A stretch of 64,000 nt of DNA from Gemmatimonadota bacterium. GTDB lineage: Bacteria > Gemmatimonadota > Gemmatimonadetes > Palauibacterales > Palauibacteraceae. The translations under genes and the position numbers were made by a program. Where the stretch lies: NCBI GenBank assembly GCA_963666735.1, contig OY762926.1, positions 224,001 through 288,000 of the forward strand. Direction: 5' to 3'. Under the pieces are notes generated by a model that was not told the origin of the DNA, searched no databases, and worked only from the letters and a program-made list of their open reading frames with translations. Position 1 is the stretch's first letter, and each line of letters begins with the position of its first letter. Positions 8,551-21,664 of this stretch are shown here, one piece after another.

Positions 8551-11500
8551 ATGGCAGATCGAAGCGGTCGGCGGGCGGAGCCGATCGCGATCATCGGGAT
8601 GGCGTGCCGTTTCCCGGGTGCGGAGGACCTGGCCGCCTTTTGGCGGATGCTGGATGCGGGCGGGAGCGGGGTCATCGAAGGGGTTCCCGGCTCCGGCGTC
8701 GGGCGCGTCGGCGAACTGTTTTCCGAGAGCGAGGGAAAGAGGCCGGCCTGCCGATTCGGTGCCTATCTGGACGGGCTCGACCAGTTCGACGCGGCCTTCT
8801 TCCGCATCTCGCCCGTGGAGGCGCAACTGCTCGATCCCCAGCAGCGGCTGATGCTGGAGACGTGCTGGCGGGCGGTGGAGGACGCGGGCATGGCCCCCGA
8901 CCGCCTGAAGGGCAGCCGCACCGGCGTGTACGCGGGGATCAGCAACAACGAGTATCGCGGGCTCATTCTGGACACCCTTCCCCCGGACGAGCCCGCCGTC
9001 AGCCTCTATTCCGTCACCGGAACCTCCTTCAACACCGCCATCGGCCGGGTTGCCTTCGCCCTCGGGCTTGAAGGTCCGGCGCTGGCATTGGATACCGCCT
9101 GCTCTTCCTCGCTCGTCGCGATCCATGCGGCAGCGACCGGCCTCCAGCGGGGCGAGGCGGACCTGGCGCTTGCCGGTGGCGTGCATGCGATCCTCTCGGG
9201 CCGCCTCCTGGAGATGCGGGCCAACGCCGGAATGCTGTCGCCGGACGGGCGTTGCGCCACCTTCGATGCGGCGGCGAACGGCTATGTCCGCGGTGAAGGC
9301 TGCGGGATCGTTGTGCTCAAGCGCCTCGCCGAGGCGGAAGCCGATGGCGACCGCATCTGGGCCGTGGTGCGCGGCTCGGCGCTCAACCAGGATGGTGCCA
9401 GCCCCGGATTGACCGTGCCGAGCGGGCCCGCGCAGGAGAAGGTCATCCAGGCCGCACTGCAGCAGGCAGGCCTCGATCCCGCCCAGGTGGACTACGTCGA
9501 GGCACACGGCACGGGTACGGAAGTCGGCGATCCGATCGAGGCCCAGGCGACCGGTAGCGCGTACGCCCGCGGCCGGGACCCCGGGCGGCCGCTGCTCATC
9601 GGCTCGGTCAAGACCAACATCGGTCATCTCGAAGCGGCGGCCGGGGTCGCCGGCGTGATCAAGACCGTGCTCGCCATGAGGCGGGGCGTCATCCCGAGAC
9701 ACCTGCACTTCCGGGACCCAAGTCCGGAAATCCCCTGGGAGCGTCTGCCGCTGCAAGTGACGGCGACACCCACGGACTGGCCCGACAGGTCCGGGGCGCC
9801 GCCGCGGGCGGGGGTGAGCGGCTTCGGCTGGTCGGGGACCAACGCCCATCTCGTGCTGGAGGGGTACGGCGACCGGGAGGGCTTCGCCGCACAGGTCCCA
9901 GGGTCCTGGACCGACGGCTCGCCACGGTCCATCGCCGTCTCGCTGCCGGTCTCTTTCAATGGAGCCACGCCGGTCGCGGAGACCCTCGCGCCGAGGGGCA
10001 AGCGCTTTCTACCGCTTGCCGCGCGCACGGATCAAGCCCTCCGTGACCTCGCGGGACGATACCGGTCGTGGATGGACGACCGCGCCGGGGGACTCGCCGC
10101 CGATGAGGCCGCCAGCGCACGGTTGCTCGCCGACATGGCGTGGTCGGCTGCCATCGGACGCACCCATTTCGAGCACCGCGCGGGCGTCGTGTTCCACGAT
10201 GCCGATTCCCTGCACGAATCTCTCCGCGCGCTCCAGGAGGCGGACGAGACGCCGGCGTCGCGCGCCGCGAAGCGGGTGGCCTTCGTATGTACGGGACAGG
10301 CGAGCCAGTGGCCGGGCATGGGCGCGGCGCTCTATGCGAGCGAACCCGTGGTGCGCGCGGTGCTGGACCGCTGCGATGCCTTGCTTGCGGAGGAGCGGGG
10401 CGCTTCGCTCCTGGACGTGATGTTCGATCGAACGGGTGTCGGCGCCGGCGACCTGGACGATCCGCGATGGAAGCAGCCTGCGATCTACGCACTGGAGTGC
10501 GCGCTCGCGGCTCTGTGGGAGAGTGTGGGCGTGCGGCCGGACGTCGTCCTCGGCCACAGTCTGGGCGAAATTGCGGCGGCGCACACCGCCGGCGTGTTCA
10601 GCCTGGAGGAGGGTCTGCGTTTCGCCGCGGCGAGGGGCGCGCTGATCGGGGCGCTCCCCGGCGACGGCGCCATGGCGGTGGTCTTTGCTCCGCCCTCCCG
10701 CGTCGAGGAGGCGCTGGACGAACACAACGCGACCTCCGATGGCATCGGCCTCTGTGTCGCGGCGGACAACGGCGCCCATCAGGCGATCAGCGGCCCGGCG
10801 GTGGAGATCGAGGAGATCCTGGAGCGCTTCGAGGCGGCCGGAGTGCGCGTCGCGCGGCTGCGGAAGAGCCCGGCCTATCACAGCGCGATGGTCGATCCGG
10901 CCCTGGACGACCTCGAGGCCGCCTTGGCCGAGACCGCCTTCGCGCCGCCTTCCCTCACCTTCGTCAGCAACCTGACGGGCCGCGCGCTGGGGGCCGGCCA
11001 GGCGCCCGATGCCGCGTATTGGCGGCGTCAGGCGCGCGAGCCGGTGGCCTTCCGGGCCGGCGTCGAAACCCTGGCGGAGATCGGCGTGGACGCGGTAATC
11101 GAGGTCGGACCCCATGCCGTGCTGGGGCCGATGACGACCATGGCCTGGCCGGAGGCCTCCGGAACCGCGCCACCGGTGGCCCTCTCGAGCCTCCTGCGAC
11201 CGGCGAAGGGCGAGGAGGCGCCAGCGGCGGGCGCGGGCGGCGGCTTCGTGGAGGCGGTTGCCGGCGCCTGGGAGGCGGGGCTGCCGGTGTCCTTCCCGGG
11301 ACTCTTCGCGGGAGAGGCTCGTCGCCGGATCGCGTTGCCGGATTATCCCTTCCAACGCGAGAGCTATTGGATCGAGGCGCCCCGGCGGCGGCGCTCGGAT
11401 GCCGGCCACCCCCTTCTTGGCGCGCGCCACGAGTCCGCGAGCGGGGAGATTGCTTTCGACACGGAGGTCTTCCCTTCGGACCCGGCGTGGCTCAGCGACC

Positions 11501-14500
11501 ATCGGGTCTTTGGCCGCCTGATCGCGCCGGGCGCGCTGTATGGCGCCATGGCCGCCTCGGCCGGCCGCGCCGGGGGAAGCGAAGCGGTGGTCATAGAAGA
11601 CTTCCAGATCCGGAGCGCCCTGGTCTTCCCCAACCAGGACGGCCAGGAGGGCGCCGGCGAGACGGCGCGTCGGGTGCAGGTGCTCCTCGACTTCCCCGAG
11701 GACGAACCGTCTCGCCGGGTCCGTGTCCTGAGCCGGGCCGAGGGCGAGGAGGGGTGGACGCTGCACGCCGAGGGTCGGATCGGGGCGGGCGTGGCCGGTG
11801 GCCTCCAGGGGGCGGCGCTCGACGTCGAAGCGGCGAAGACCGAACTCTCTCCGGTGGACCTTGGGGGCTACTATCGCGCGAAGGCTTCGGTGGGAATCGA
11901 TCTCGGCCCGGCCTTCCGCACCGTGGAGGCGCTTTGGTCCAGCCCCGGCGAGGCCATCGCCGAAGTGAGGCTCGATCCCGGCTTCGAGCGGACGCCGCTC
12001 GACGTACACCCCCTCGTGCTGGACGGCTGCTTCCAGGCCTTCGGTGCGGCGCGCAACCCCGACGGCGCCGCCGAAGGCATCACCTATCTCCCCTTCGCGT
12101 GGGAACGCTTGTGGCTGGCTGGCCGTTTGCCGGATCGGCTCGTATGCCATGTGCGGATGCGCGAGGGGCCGGATCGCGCGGTCGCGGACGCGCGCGATGA
12201 CGAACTCCGCGAGGTTCAGGTAGCCGACCTCCGGCTCTACGACCCCGACGGGACGCCGGTCGGAGAACTCGCCGGGTTCACCGTGAAGCGGGCGACACGG
12301 GCGGCGCTCCTCTCGGCCGTCGAAGGAGTCGACGAGCTTCTCTACGAGGTGACCTGGCGGGACCGCGCTCTCGAGGCCGGCATCGCGCCCGCCGATTTCC
12401 TGACGAGTCCGTCGGAGGTCGCCGCGACGACCAGTCTCTTCACCGGCTACCTGGAGAATGAGGGGGTCGGCGCCGAGGACCGGGCGGCGCTGTTGGCGGA
12501 CCTGGAGCAGCTGTCCCGGGCGTACGCTCTCCAGACTCTGGATGCGCTGGGCTGGCGACGCGTGAGCGGAGAATCCGTCGATTCCGCCGAGCTGCGGGAG
12601 CGCTTGGGCGTTGGTTCGGAGCACGAGCGGCTGTTCCGGCGGATGCTCGAGATGCAGGTCCGCGCCGGGGTGCTCGAGCAGGCGGGCGATGGTTTCGTCG
12701 TGACCGTGGCGTCCGGCGAGCCGCTGCCGGAGGGGCTTTCCGGCGACCCCGATGCGGTGGCGGAGCAGATGGCGGCGCGGTACTCGCACGGCACGACGGA
12801 GATCGGTCTGTTCCGGCGCAGCGCCGGCGCCCTGGCCGAGGTGCTCCAGGGTCGCATGGATCCGTTGACGCTGCTCTTCAGCAGCGGCGAGCCGACGGCC
12901 GCCGATCTTTATATGAAGGCGCCGGTGGCCCGCGCGGCGAACCGTCTGTTGGCGGATGCGACGGCGGCGCTCCTGAGCGCGATGCCTGCCGGGCGCAGGC
13001 TGCGCGTGCTGGAGGTCGGCGCCGGCACCGGGTCGGGGACGGCGGCCGTGCTCCCGGAACTGCCGGAGGGAAGCTACGACTACACATACACCGACATCTC
13101 GGCCGGCTTCTTCTCGGAGGCGGAATCCCGCTTCGGCGCCGCCGAGGCGTCGATCGACTACCGGGCGCTCGATATCGAGAAGGACCCCGTGGCGCAGGGG
13201 GTCGATCGCCACGGCTACGACCTGGTCATCGCCTCCAACGTCCTCCACGCGACGCGTTATCTGAACGAGACGCTGGAACACTGCCTCGCGGCGCTCTCCC
13301 CGTCGGGGCAGCTGATTGCGCTCGAGAATCTGCGCGGGCAGGGGTGGCTCGACCTAACGTTCGGGCAGCTGGACGGCTGGTGGCGGTTCGCCGACCATTA
13401 CCGCCCGCACCACGCGCTCGCGACCCCCGCCGTCTGGCGACAGGCGCTCGCAGACGCCGGCTTCGAAGACATCGCGATCCTCGGCTTCGACGAGTCGGAC
13501 CCGAATGCGAACCCGGACCGGGGCGTGATCGTGGCGCAGGGTCCGGCGGAAGTCACGAGAGAGCCCGGGACGTGGGTTCTGGCCGCCGACCGGGGTGACG
13601 TTGCGGCTGAACTCGCGAACACGCTCGCGGCGCACAACCAGACGGCCGTGCTCGCCGGCGCGGCGACGGGCTCCGGCGAGCTTTCCGAGGCGGCCGGCGC
13701 GGGCGTCGTCGATGCGTCCGTGGAAGCCGAGCGGCGCGAATCCTGGGCCGCGCTGCTCGATGGCCTGCCCTCCGATCCGCCGCTCGCGGGCGTCGTGCAC
13801 CTGGGAGGACTGGATGGCCACGGCGCCACGGCGACCACCGACGAATTGGCGGAGGATGCGCGCCGCGCTGCGGCGAGTGCCCTCGCCCTGACGCAGGCGT
13901 TGGCGGAGAGCGAGGTGCTCCCGTCAAAGGGTCTCTGGTTCCTGACGCGCGGCGGCCAGATGGTGGAACGCGAGCGCGGTGGCGAGCTGGTCGGCGCCAC
14001 GTTGTGGGGCTTCGGCAAGGTCGCCGCCCGGGAGGCGCCCCAGCTTCAGCCGAGGATGCTGGATCTCGATCCCGCCGATGAGGCGCTCACGCCCGACCTC
14101 GTGAACGAGCTTCTAAATCCGGATGCGGAAACCCACATCGCCTATCGCTTCGGCCGCCGCCAGGGTGCGCGGCTGGTTCGCGCCGCGACCGTCCCGGATC
14201 GGTTGTCGCTGCCGGAGGAGCCGGGATGGGAGCTGCAGCCCGATCCGGGTGGGTCCCTCGAAGCCCTCGGGGTGATGTCGGTGCCCGAAAGCTTGCTGGC
14301 GCCCGGAGAGATCCGCGCCGCGATCGAGGCTTTCGGGCTCAACTTCCGCGACGTGTTCATCGCGGTCGGACTCGTCGATGATTTCATGGGCGGGGAGTTC
14401 TGCGGCCGGGTGCTCGAAGTCGGGGAGGGCGTCACGAGCGTCGCGGTCGGAGACCGCGTCGTCGGCATGACGTTCCGGAACTATGGCGCCGAGACCATAA

Positions 14501-17500
14501 CCCTCGAAGCGATGGTCGTGCCCGCGCCACCGGGCTTCTCGGTTACGGAACTGGCGACCATCCCGACGGCGTTCGTGTCGGCGGCGCTCTCATTCGAGCT
14601 CTCGGGACTCGACGCCGGCGACTGCGTGCTCATCCACGCCGGCGCGGGCGGAGTCGGTCTCGCGGCGATCCAGCTGGCCCGGGCGGCGGGTGCCGAGGTC
14701 TTCGCCACGGCGAGCGCGCGCAAGCGCGACTTCGTGCGCTCGCTCGGGGTGAAGCATGTGTTCGACAGCCGCACGACGGCCTTCGGCGCGGAGATCCTCG
14801 CGGCCACGGGCGGGACGGGTGTCGACATGGTGCTCAACAGCCTGACGGGCGAGGGCTTCATCGAGGCGAGCCTCTCCTGCCTCGCCGAAGGCGGCCGCTT
14901 CGTGGAAATGGGTCGGGTCGACATCCTGAGCGAAGAGGAGATGGCGGCGGTACGCCCCGACGTGCAGTACGCCATCCTCATGATCGACGTCCTCAAGGAA
15001 GAAGAACCCGCCAGGGCCGGAGAGCTCCTGCGCGGCGTCATGGAGCGGATGGTGGCCGGCGAACTGACGCCGCTCATCCACGCCCGGTGGCCGGTGGCCG
15101 AGACGGGCGCGGCGATGAAGTGCATGCAGGGCGCGCGGCATGTCGGCAAGATCGTGCTCGCCAACTCACCGCTCGCGCGGGGGACGTTGCGCGAAGACCG
15201 CACCTACCTGGTGACGGGAGGCCTGGGCGGCCTCGGCGTGGTCGTGGCGGGCTGGCTGGCCGATCGCGGCGCCGGCGCCATCGTGCTCAACGGCCGCCGC
15301 CCGCCCGCCCCGGAGGTCAGCGAGGCGATCGAAGCGCTGCGGGGGCGCGGGGCCACCGTAGGGGTGGAGCTCGCCGATGTGACGGACGACGCCGCGCTGG
15401 ACGCCATGCTGGCTCGCATGGATGCGGATCTCCCGCCGCTCGCGGGCGTGATCCACAGCGTCGGCGTGCTGTCGGACGCCACGATCGGGAACCAGAGCTG
15501 GGAGACGTTCGAGCGGGTTCTGTGGCCGAAGATGTTGGGGGCCTGGCACCTGCACCGGGCGACCGCGGGGCGCGACCTCGACATGTTCGTGCTCTTCTCC
15601 AGCGTCGCGGGCATCCTGGGCAACCCGGGCCAGGCGAACCACGCGGCGGCCAACGCATACCTCGACCAGCTCGCCGGCTATCGCCGGTCGCAGGGGCTCC
15701 CGGGCCAGGCCATCGCCTGGGGCGCGTGGTCGGATATCGGCGAAGCCGAGGAACAGCGGGAACGGTTCGACCGGCAGCGGTCGGCGCTGGGAGGTCGCTG
15801 GTTCACGCCGCGGCAGGGGTTGAGGGCGCTCGACCGGCTCGTGCGGCAGGACGCCACCACGTCCGTCGTCATGGCGATGGACTGGGACGTGTTCGAGGAG
15901 GCCGTGGAGGAGCCACCGCGCCTGGTCGAGGATCTGCTGTCCGCGGCCGCCGAGGCGGGGGCGGATGACGCGGAAGGGGCCGAAGATATCCTCACGCGCG
16001 TCGGCGGGACGCCCGCAGCTGAACGGGAGGCGCTCCTCGCGTCGTTCGTGCAGGCGGAAGTGCGGGCGGTGCTGCGATTGCCCTCGGCCCCGGCCCCCAC
16101 GGTCGGCTTCTTCGATCTCGGGATGGACTCGCTCATGGCCGTGGAGCTGCGGAACCGGTTGAACCGGGCCCTGTCCGGGGCCTACAGCGCGCCCAACACG
16201 CTCGTGTTCGACTACCCCAACATTACGGAACTGGCCGCGCACCTGGCGAAGGAACTCGACGATGGGGGCGCTTCGCCCGCGGGCGCGCCGGAGCTTGCCT
16301 CGGAGGTCCGGGACCAGGCGTCGCAGCGCGACGAGGAGGGGGACGGTGGCGTCGCGATCGTCGGCATGGCATGCCGCTTCCCCGGCGCGCCGGACCTCGC
16401 CGCCTTCTGGCGCCAGCTGGAGGCTCGGACCGACGCGGTGACGGACGGACGCCGGGATGCCGGGCCCTGGACGGGCGTGGCCGGCGATCCCGCCTCCGAC
16501 GATGACTACTCGCGCCACGGCGCGTTCCTTGAGGACATCGACAAGTTCGACGCGCGCTTCTTCGGGATCAGGCCGATCGAGGCCCGGATGATGGACCCGC
16601 GTCAGCGCCTGCTGCTCGAGACGACGTGGCACGCTCTGGAGGACGCGGGTCTGGATCCGGTGCAGCTCAAGGGCACGAGCACCGGCGTCTACACCGGCGT
16701 GACCACCGGAGATTACCGGGATCTCGCCGTGGCCAGCGGCGAAGGACCCGGCTACCTCGGGACGACGATGAGCGTGACCGCGGGCCGGATCTCGTTCGCC
16801 CTCGGCCTTACCGGTCCCGCTGTGCCTCTGGACCTGGCCTGTGCTTCCTCGCTCGTGGCCGTACATCAGGCCGCCGCCGCACTTCGACAGGGCGAGGTGG
16901 GAGTCGCGCTCGCGGGAGGCGTCAACGCGATCCTGTGGCCGGGGACGACGGAGTTGATGAAGGAAGTCGGGTTGCTCTCCGCGAGTGGGCGTTGCCATAG
17001 CTTCGACGCGGCGGCGGACGGGTTTGTGCGTGGTGAAGGCTGCGGCATGGTCGTCCTCAAGCGGCTCGCCGATGCCAGGGCGGACGGCGACCGAGTCTGG
17101 GGGGTAATCCGCGGTTCGGCCGTCAACCAGAACGGGGCGAGCGCGGGGCTCACCGTCCCGAACGGCCCGGCCCAGGAGCGTGTGATCGAGGATGCGCTCG
17201 CCCAGGCGGGCGTCTCGCCGGCCGAGGTGGACTATCTGGAGGCGCACGCCGCGGGGTCCGATCTCGGAGATCCGATCGAGGTGCAGGCGGCCGCGACGGT
17301 CTACGGCCGGGGACGGGACGCGGACCGGCCGCTCCTCATTGGTTCCGTGAAGACGAATATCGGCCATCTCGAGTGCGCGGCCGGGATCGCCAGCCTCATC
17401 AAGGCGGTGCTCGCCATGAACGAGGGCCGGATCCCGCCGCAACTGCACTTCCACGAGCCGAACCCCCATCTGGCGTGGGGTCAGCTCCCCGTGCGGGTCG

Positions 17501-18897
17501 CGGCCGAGCCCACCGCGTGGCCGTCCGACGGTGATCGGCCACCGCGCGCGGGCGTAAGTTCGTTCGGCATTTCGGGGACGAACGCGCACGTCGTGGTCGA
17601 GGGGAGCGGGAGCGCGGACCAGGCGTTGATCGAGAACGGCGCGCGGATGCCCGCCGGCGCATCGGTCACGGTTCCGGTCGCTCTGCCGGAGACGGAGGGC
17701 GCGCCGTCGCCCGTGGACGCTGTCGCTCCCCGGAATACGCGTCTCCTGCCGCTATCCGCAAAGTCGCCGGAGGCGCTGCGGGAGCTGGCGAAGCTCTATC
17801 TCGAGTGGTTGGAGAAACACGGCGGAGCGCCGTCCGGCGGCGATGGCGCCGCGTCCTCATCGCTCGCGGACATGGCGTGGACCGCCGGCGTGGGGCGGAG
17901 TCACTTTCCCCACCGGGCCGGCATCGTGTTCGGCGACGGTGCGTCGCTTCGAGATGAACTGAGCGTCCTCGCCGAACGGCCTGTCGAGGGAGGATCTCAC
18001 GGGAACCGCGAAGCCGACACCCCCCCGAGGGTGGCCTTCGTCTACACGGGAGAAGGCGGCGCGAGCGAGGGGGCGGGGCAGGGGCTCTACGATCGCGAGC
18101 CAGTCGTGCGCGCGATCCTGGACCGCTGCGACCAGGCGTTGAGGAAGGCGCGGGACGGCGCGTCGCTGCTCGACGTGATGTTCGGGCGGGAGAACGCCCG
18201 GGGGACGCTGAGTGACCCCGAGTGGGCGCAGCCCGCCGTCTACGCGCTGGGTTGCGCGCTCACCGCGCTGTGGGTGAGCGCCGGCGTCCGCCCCGGCGCG
18301 GTGGCGGGAGAGGACGTGGGCGAACTGACCGCGGCCTGGGCCGCCGGCGTCTTCAGTCTGGAGGACGGACTGAGACTCGCCGCGACGAGGGGCGCCGCGA
18401 TGGCCAGACCGAAACAGCGCTTGGCGGCCGCGATGCCCGTCGACGAAATGGACGGTGCCGGACGGGATCCGCTGGATGACCTGGAGGCCGCTGCGCAGGA
18501 CATCGACGTCTCACCGCCTTCAGTTGCGATGATCAGTCAGGTGACCGGCCGAAGGATGGATCCCCGGCAGGCGCCCGACGCCACCTATTGGCGCGAGCAG
18601 GCGCGAGCGTCGCGGAGTCGCCGGCGTCTTTCCGCCGCCTTGGCGGATCTGGGCGTGGACCTCGTGCTCGACGTCGGCCCGGCCGCCGTGGGGCCGACGG
18701 CGCTTGCCGACTGGCCGGGCGGCACGGAGGGCGCGGACGGTCCCGATGACGCGTTCGCGTTCTCAGTGGCGCGGGCGTACGAGACCGGCCTGCCGGTCTC
18801 CTTCGCAGGGCTGTTCGCCGGCGAAGCGCGGCGCCGGATCCCGCTTCCGGGCTACCCGTTCCAGCGCAGGCGCCACTGGATCGAGACGAGCGCTTGA
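8551..18897 (+). CDS. supA: Type I PKS, SupA-type: KS-AT-DH-MT-ER-KR-ACP-KS-AT(inactive), 3448 aa
   Basis: KS1 [75 protein letters not shown]2 DLACASS; AT2 GEDVG. No TE. Start set to ATG 8551 just before [14 protein letters not shown]. Confidence 0.9.
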   Translation: MADRSGRRAEPIAIIGMACRFPGAEDLAAFWRMLDAGGSGVIEGVPGSGVGRVGELFSESEGKRPACRFGAYLDGLDQFDAAFFRISPVEAQLLDPQQRLMLETCWRAVEDAGMAPDRLKGSRTGVYAGISNNEYRGLILDTLPPDEPAVSLYSVTGTSFNTAIGRVAFALGLEGPALALDTACSSSLVAIHAAATGLQRGEADLALAGGVHAILSGRLLEMRANAGMLSPDGRCATFDAAANGYVRGEGCGIVVLKRLAEAEADGDRIWAVVRGSALNQDGASPGLTVPSGPAQEKVIQAALQQAGLDPAQVDYVEAHGTGTEVGDPIEAQATGSAYARGRDPGRPLLIGSVKTNIGHLEAAAGVAGVIKTVLAMRRGVIPRHLHFRDPSPEIPWERLPLQVTATPTDWPDRSGAPPRAGVSGFGWSGTNAHLVLEGYGDREGFAAQVPGSWTDGSPRSIAVSLPVSFNGATPVAETLAPRGKRFLPLAARTDQALRDLAGRYRSWMDDRAGGLAADEAASARLLADMAWSAAIGRTHFEHRAGVVFHDADSLHESLRALQEADETPASRAAKRVAFVCTGQASQWPGMGAALYASEPVVRAVLDRCDALLAEERGASLLDVMFDRTGVGAGDLDDPRWKQPAIYALECALAALWESVGVRPDVVLGHSLGEIAAAHTAGVFSLEEGLRFAAARGALIGALPGDGAMAVVFAPPSRVEEALDEHNATSDGIGLCVAADNGAHQAISGPAVEIEEILERFEAAGVRVARLRKSPAYHSAMVDPALDDLEAALAETAFAPPSLTFVSNLTGRALGAGQAPDAAYWRRQAREPVAFRAGVETLAEIGVDAVIEVGPHAVLGPMTTMAWPEASGTAPPVALSSLLRPAKGEEAPAAGAGGGFVEAVAGAWEAGLPVSFPGLFAGEARRRIALPDYPFQRESYWIEAPRRRRSDAGHPLLGARHESASGEIAFDTEVFPSDPAWLSDHRVFGRLIAPGALYGAMAASAGRAGGSEAVVIEDFQIRSALVFPNQDGQEGAGETARRVQVLLDFPEDEPSRRVRVLSRAEGEEGWTLHAEGRIGAGVAGGLQGAALDVEAAKTELSPVDLGGYYRAKASVGIDLGPAFRTVEALWSSPGEAIAEVRLDPGFERTPLDVHPLVLDGCFQAFGAARNPDGAAEGITYLPFAWERLWLAGRLPDRLVCHVRMREGPDRAVADARDDELREVQVADLRLYDPDGTPVGELAGFTVKRATRAALLSAVEGVDELLYEVTWRDRALEAGIAPADFLTSPSEVAATTSLFTGYLENEGVGAEDRAALLADLEQLSRAYALQTLDALGWRRVSGESVDSAELRERLGVGSEHERLFRRMLEMQVRAGVLEQAGDGFVVTVASGEPLPEGLSGDPDAVAEQMAARYSHGTTEIGLFRRSAGALAEVLQGRMDPLTLLFSSGEPTAADLYMKAPVARAANRLLADATAALLSAMPAGRRLRVLEVGAGTGSGTAAVLPELPEGSYDYTYTDISAGFFSEAESRFGAAEASIDYRALDIEKDPVAQGVDRHGYDLVIASNVLHATRYLNETLEHCLAALSPSGQLIALENLRGQGWLDLTFGQLDGWWRFADHYRPHHALATPAVWRQALADAGFEDIAILGFDESDPNANPDRGVIVAQGPAEVTREPGTWVLAADRGDVAAELANTLAAHNQTAVLAGAATGSGELSEAAGAGVVDASVEAERRESWAALLDGLPSDPPLAGVVHLGGLDGHGATATTDELAEDARRAAASALALTQALAESEVLPSKGLWFLTRGGQMVERERGGELVGATLWGFGKVAAREAPQLQPRMLDLDPADEALTPDLVNELLNPDAETHIAYRFGRRQGARLVRAATVPDRLSLPEEPGWELQPDPGGSLEALGVMSVPESLLAPGEIRAAIEAFGLNFRDVFIAVGLVDDFMGGEFCGRVLEVGEGVTSVAVGDRVVGMTFRNYGAETITLEAMVVPAPPGFSVTELATIPTAFVSAALSFELSGLDAGDCVLIHAGAGGVGLAAIQLARAAGAEVFATASARKRDFVRSLGVKHVFDSRTTAFGAEILAATGGTGVDMVLNSLTGEGFIEASLSCLAEGGRFVEMGRVDILSEEEMAAVRPDVQYAILMIDVLKEEEPARAGELLRGVMERMVAGELTPLIHARWPVAETGAAMKCMQGARHVGKIVLANSPLARGTLREDRTYLVTGGLGGLGVVVAGWLADRGAGAIVLNGRRPPAPEVSEAIEALRGRGATVGVELADVTDDAALDAMLARMDADLPPLAGVIHSVGVLSDATIGNQSWETFERVLWPKMLGAWHLHRATAGRDLDMFVLFSSVAGILGNPGQANHAAANAYLDQLAGYRRSQGLPGQAIAWGAWSDIGEAEEQRERFDRQRSALGGRWFTPRQGLRALDRLVRQDATTSVVMAMDWDVFEEAVEEPPRLVEDLLSAAAEAGADDAEGAEDILTRVGGTPAAEREALLASFVQAEVRAVLRLPSAPAPTVGFFDLGMDSLMAVELRNRLNRALSGAYSAPNTLVFDYPNITELAAHLAKELDDGGASPAGAPELASEVRDQASQRDEEGDGGVAIVGMACRFPGAPDLAAFWRQLEARTDAVTDGRRDAGPWTGVAGDPASDDDYSRHGAFLEDIDKFDARFFGIRPIEARMMDPRQRLLLETTWHALEDAGLDPVQLKGTSTGVYTGVTTGDYRDLAVASGEGPGYLGTTMSVTAGRISFALGLTGPAVPLDLACASSLVAVHQAAAALRQGEVGVALAGGVNAILWPGTTELMKEVGLLSASGRCHSFDAAADGFVRGEGCGMVVLKRLADARADGDRVWGVIRGSAVNQNGASAGLTVPNGPAQERVIEDALAQAGVSPAEVDYLEAHAAGSDLGDPIEVQAAATVYGRGRDADRPLLIGSVKTNIGHLECAAGIASLIKAVLAMNEGRIPPQLHFHEPNPHLAWGQLPVRVAAEPTAWPSDGDRPPRAGVSSFGISGTNAHVVVEGSGSADQALIENGARMPAGASVTVPVALPETEGAPSPVDAVAPRNTRLLPLSAKSPEALRELAKLYLEWLEKHGGAPSGGDGAASSSLADMAWTAGVGRSHFPHRAGIVFGDGASLRDELSVLAERPVEGGSHGNREADTPPRVAFVYTGEGGASEGAGQGLYDREPVVRAILDRCDQALRKARDGASLLDVMFGRENARGTLSDPEWAQPAVYALGCALTALWVSAGVRPGAVAGEDVGELTAAWAAGVFSLEDGLRLAATRGAAMARPKQRLAAAMPVDEMDGAGRDPLDDLEAAAQDIDVSPPSVAMISQVTGRRMDPRQAPDATYWREQARASRSRRRLSAALADLGVDLVLDVGPAAVGPTALADWPGGTEGADGPDDAFAFSVARAYETGLPVSFAGLFAGEARRRIPLPGYPFQRRRHWIETSA

Positions 18898-20660
18898 GCG
18901 CCGCTCCGGCGGACGGCCGGTCCGGCATCCGCTACCAGCCCGACGAGAAGCCCGCGCCGACCCTGACCGTCGGCGTCGGGCTCCAGCTCGCGGTGCTCAA
19001 CATCGCGGCGATCGTGTTGATCCCGCTTGTCGTCATGCGGGCCGCGGGGGTCGGCGAGGAGTATCTCTCCTGGGCGGTGCTCGCGTCCGTCGCGGCTTGC
19101 GGCTTGGCGACGATGTTGCAGGCAGTCCGCGCGGGGCGCTTCGGCGCGGGACACGTCCTCCTGATGGGCACCTCCGGTGCCTTCATTCCGGCGAGCATCA
19201 TGGCGCTCGCCGAGGGTGGCCCGGCTCTCCTCGCCACCCTCGTTGTGGTCGCCGCGCTCATCCCACTCCTGCTCTCCTGGCGGCTGTCGCTCTTCCAGCG
19301 GATCCTGACCCCGGTCGTCTCCGGCACGGTGATCATGTTGATCCCGGTGACGGTGCTGCCTTTCGTGTCGGGACTCCTTGCCGGCGGACCTGAAAGCGGC
19401 GCGCCTCCCGGCGTCCCCCTCAGCTTCGGTGTCACGGCGCTCCTGATCGGATGCATCGCGCTGCGCGGGACGGGAGCGCTCCGCCTGTGGGCCCCGGTCA
19501 TCGGCGTGATCGCCGGTACCGCGATCGCCGGCTTTCACGGCCTCCATGACGTGGGGCTGGTAGCGGACGCGGCCTGGATCGCCCTTCCGCGCCCGCGCCC
19601 GCCGGGCTTCGATCTCGAATTCGGACCGGCCTTCTGGGCCCTCCTGCCCTCGTTCCTGCTCGTGTCGGTGATCGCGAGCATTCGCACGATGAGCAGCGCC
19701 GTCGCGATTCAGCGGGTGTCATGGCGGCGCGCGAGTCGCGCAACCGACTTCCGGTCCGTGCAGGGCGCGGTGGCCGTGGACGGCGTTGGCAACCTGCTTG
19801 CCGGCCTCGCCGGTACCGTGCCCGGTAGCGCCACTACGACGAGCGTGCCTCTCACGCAACTCACCGGCGTGGCGGCCCGAGGCGTGGGGTTGGCGGCGGG
19901 TGGCGCCTTCATCGCCTTCGCCTTCCTGCCCAAGGCGTTCGCGGTCGTGCTCGCGATCCCGGATCCGGTGTTCGCGGGTTACTTGGCCGTCCTGCTCGCG
20001 ATGCTGTTCGCGATCGGGCTCAAGATCGTCCTCCGGGGCGGACTCGATTATCGCAACGGCATCGTCGTCGGCTTCGCCTTCCTCACCGGCGTCAGCTTCC
20101 AGTACGGACTCATCCTCCCCGAGCAGGTGTCCGCTTTCGCCGGCGGTCTGCTGGCCAACGGGATGAACGCCGGCGGCTTCACCGCCATCGGCCTGACGCT
20201 CTTTCTGCGCCTGACCGAACCCCGCCGAGCGCGCATCGAAACGGAGTTCGGCCCATCGGCGCTGCCGCGGCTCCGGGAGTTTCTCGGGACCTTCGCCTCG
20301 AGATCCGGTCTGGACGGGGAGGTGGCGGATCGCCTGGGCGCCGCCGCCGAGGAGGCCGTCCTCTCGCTCACCGCACCGGACCCGTCCGGAGAGGGTCCCT
20401 CCCGGCGGCGACTCGTCATGGCCGCGCACCGCGACCAGGGGGAGGTGGCGCTCGAATTCGTGGTCGCCCCGCAGGGCGAGAACCTCCAGGATCGCCTCGC
20501 GCTGGTGAGCGCAGAGGTCGAGGAGACTTCCGCGGAGAGCGAAGTCTCGCTGCGTCTCCTGCGGCACATCGCTTCGTCGGTCCGCCATCGGCAGTACCAC
20601 GACACCGACATCGTCACCGTTCGGGTAGCCGTCTCCGCCGCCCCGGGCGGAGTCTCATAG
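18894..20660 (+). CDS. NCS2 (xanthine/uracil permease-like) transporter with a C-terminal degenerate RsbW/HATPase-like domain
   Basis: YQPDEKP start, MGTSGAF, TPVVSGTVI, LTGVAAR; soluble tail of about 150 aa; 4-bp overlap with the PKS stop. Confidence 0.8.
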   Translation: MSAAPADGRSGIRYQPDEKPAPTLTVGVGLQLAVLNIAAIVLIPLVVMRAAGVGEEYLSWAVLASVAACGLATMLQAVRAGRFGAGHVLLMGTSGAFIPASIMALAEGGPALLATLVVVAALIPLLLSWRLSLFQRILTPVVSGTVIMLIPVTVLPFVSGLLAGGPESGAPPGVPLSFGVTALLIGCIALRGTGALRLWAPVIGVIAGTAIAGFHGLHDVGLVADAAWIALPRPRPPGFDLEFGPAFWALLPSFLLVSVIASIRTMSSAVAIQRVSWRRASRATDFRSVQGAVAVDGVGNLLAGLAGTVPGSATTTSVPLTQLTGVAARGVGLAAGGAFIAFAFLPKAFAVVLAIPDPVFAGYLAVLLAMLFAIGLKIVLRGGLDYRNGIVVGFAFLTGVSFQYGLILPEQVSAFAGGLLANGMNAGGFTAIGLTLFLRLTEPRRARIETEFGPSALPRLREFLGTFASRSGLDGEVADRLGAAAEEAVLSLTAPDPSGEGPSRRRLVMAAHRDQGEVALEFVVAPQGENLQDRLALVSAEVEETSAESEVSLRLLRHIASSVRHRQYHDTDIVTVRVAVSAAPGGVS

Positions 20661-20690
20661 CGATGGTCCCGTGAGGCGGGTCGCCGGGCC

Positions 20691-21605
20691 CTACAACAGG
20701 CCGCGGTCCTCGAGGAACTCGCACATCAACTCGACGCACTCCCCCGGTTGCTCCACCTGAAGAAAATGCGTGGTATCCGGTATGAAGTCGTAGTCGACCG
20801 TGTTGATGTGACTGAGGTTGAAGGACGGCATGTACGAGAACGTCAGCGTGGGATCCGACCCGATGACCTTGGTCGGACACGCAAGGTCCCCCAGATCCAC
20901 CATGAACGCGTAGGTGCGCGCGTAGGAGAAGATCTGCGCTTCGTATTCGCGGGGACACCGAAGCTCGACGCTCTTCCCGTCCGCCGATCCGCGCAACACG
21001 GTGCTGGCCATCAGGTCCGCCGCTCCGGGAACCGCCCGGGACAGCACCAGGTGGTGGAGGAGTTCCGAGAACTCGGACTCCTCGCGGAACCGGTCCGCGC
21101 GCCGCCGCGCGAGTTCCGCCGACCGGTCGGCCGACTTGTCGAACTCGGCCTCGCCCAGCCTCGGCTTGTAGAGAGGCGGATCGAAGAGGATCCAAGCGGC
21201 AAGATCGCCCACGCGACCCGCGCCGAGCGAGTCCGAGAGGAGTGCCGTCAGCGCCGAAAGGGAGTGGAAGACCCCGATCGTGGGCGTTCGGCCGCACCGG
21301 GCGGCGATGGCATCCACGACCTGTTCCTGGTCCCGGATCATGTTTGGGACATTATGTCCGCTGCGCGGGCCGGTGGCGTTCCACCCGTGATTTCTCAGGT
21401 CGTAGACGAACACATCGAAGTCGTCGAGCAACCGCGACCAGAACGGATAGTACAGGTCGACCGCGAGACCGTTGCCGTGGCCCACGAGCAAACGACGCCC
21501 ACGGTGGTTCCCGTGTCGCCGCACTCTGGTGACGCTGCCGTCATCGTGCCGGACGTCGTGCACCGAATGCGGTTCCGGAATCTTCCAAACAGCGCCGGAA
21601 GTCAT
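20691..21605 (-). CDS. Alpha/beta hydrolase, candidate trans-acting thioesterase or transacylase
   Basis: HGNGL oxyanion loop, DLRNHG, GVFHSLS nucleophile elbow, C-terminal THFL. Confidence 0.82.
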   Translation of the reverse strand: MTSGAVWKIPEPHSVHDVRHDDGSVTRVRRHGNHRGRRLLVGHGNGLAVDLYYPFWSRLLDDFDVFVYDLRNHGWNATGPRSGHNVPNMIRDQEQVVDAIAARCGRTPTIGVFHSLSALTALLSDSLGAGRVGDLAAWILFDPPLYKPRLGEAEFDKSADRSAELARRRADRFREESEFSELLHHLVLSRAVPGAADLMASTVLRGSADGKSVELRCPREYEAQIFSYARTYAFMVDLGDLACPTKVIGSDPTLTFSYMPSFNLSHINTVDYDFIPDTTHFLQVEQPGECVELMCEFLEDRGLL

Positions 21606-21664
21606 GTCACGCCGCGTCCCCCCGAGCCGTCAAGCCCGGGGGGGTCGAAGTCGGTGAGGTGCGT

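Noticed and set aside
10009..17589. Long minus-strand ORFs (1090 aa, 807 aa) within the PKS
   Set aside because: Antisense shadows of high-GC coding DNA with no recognisable motifs.
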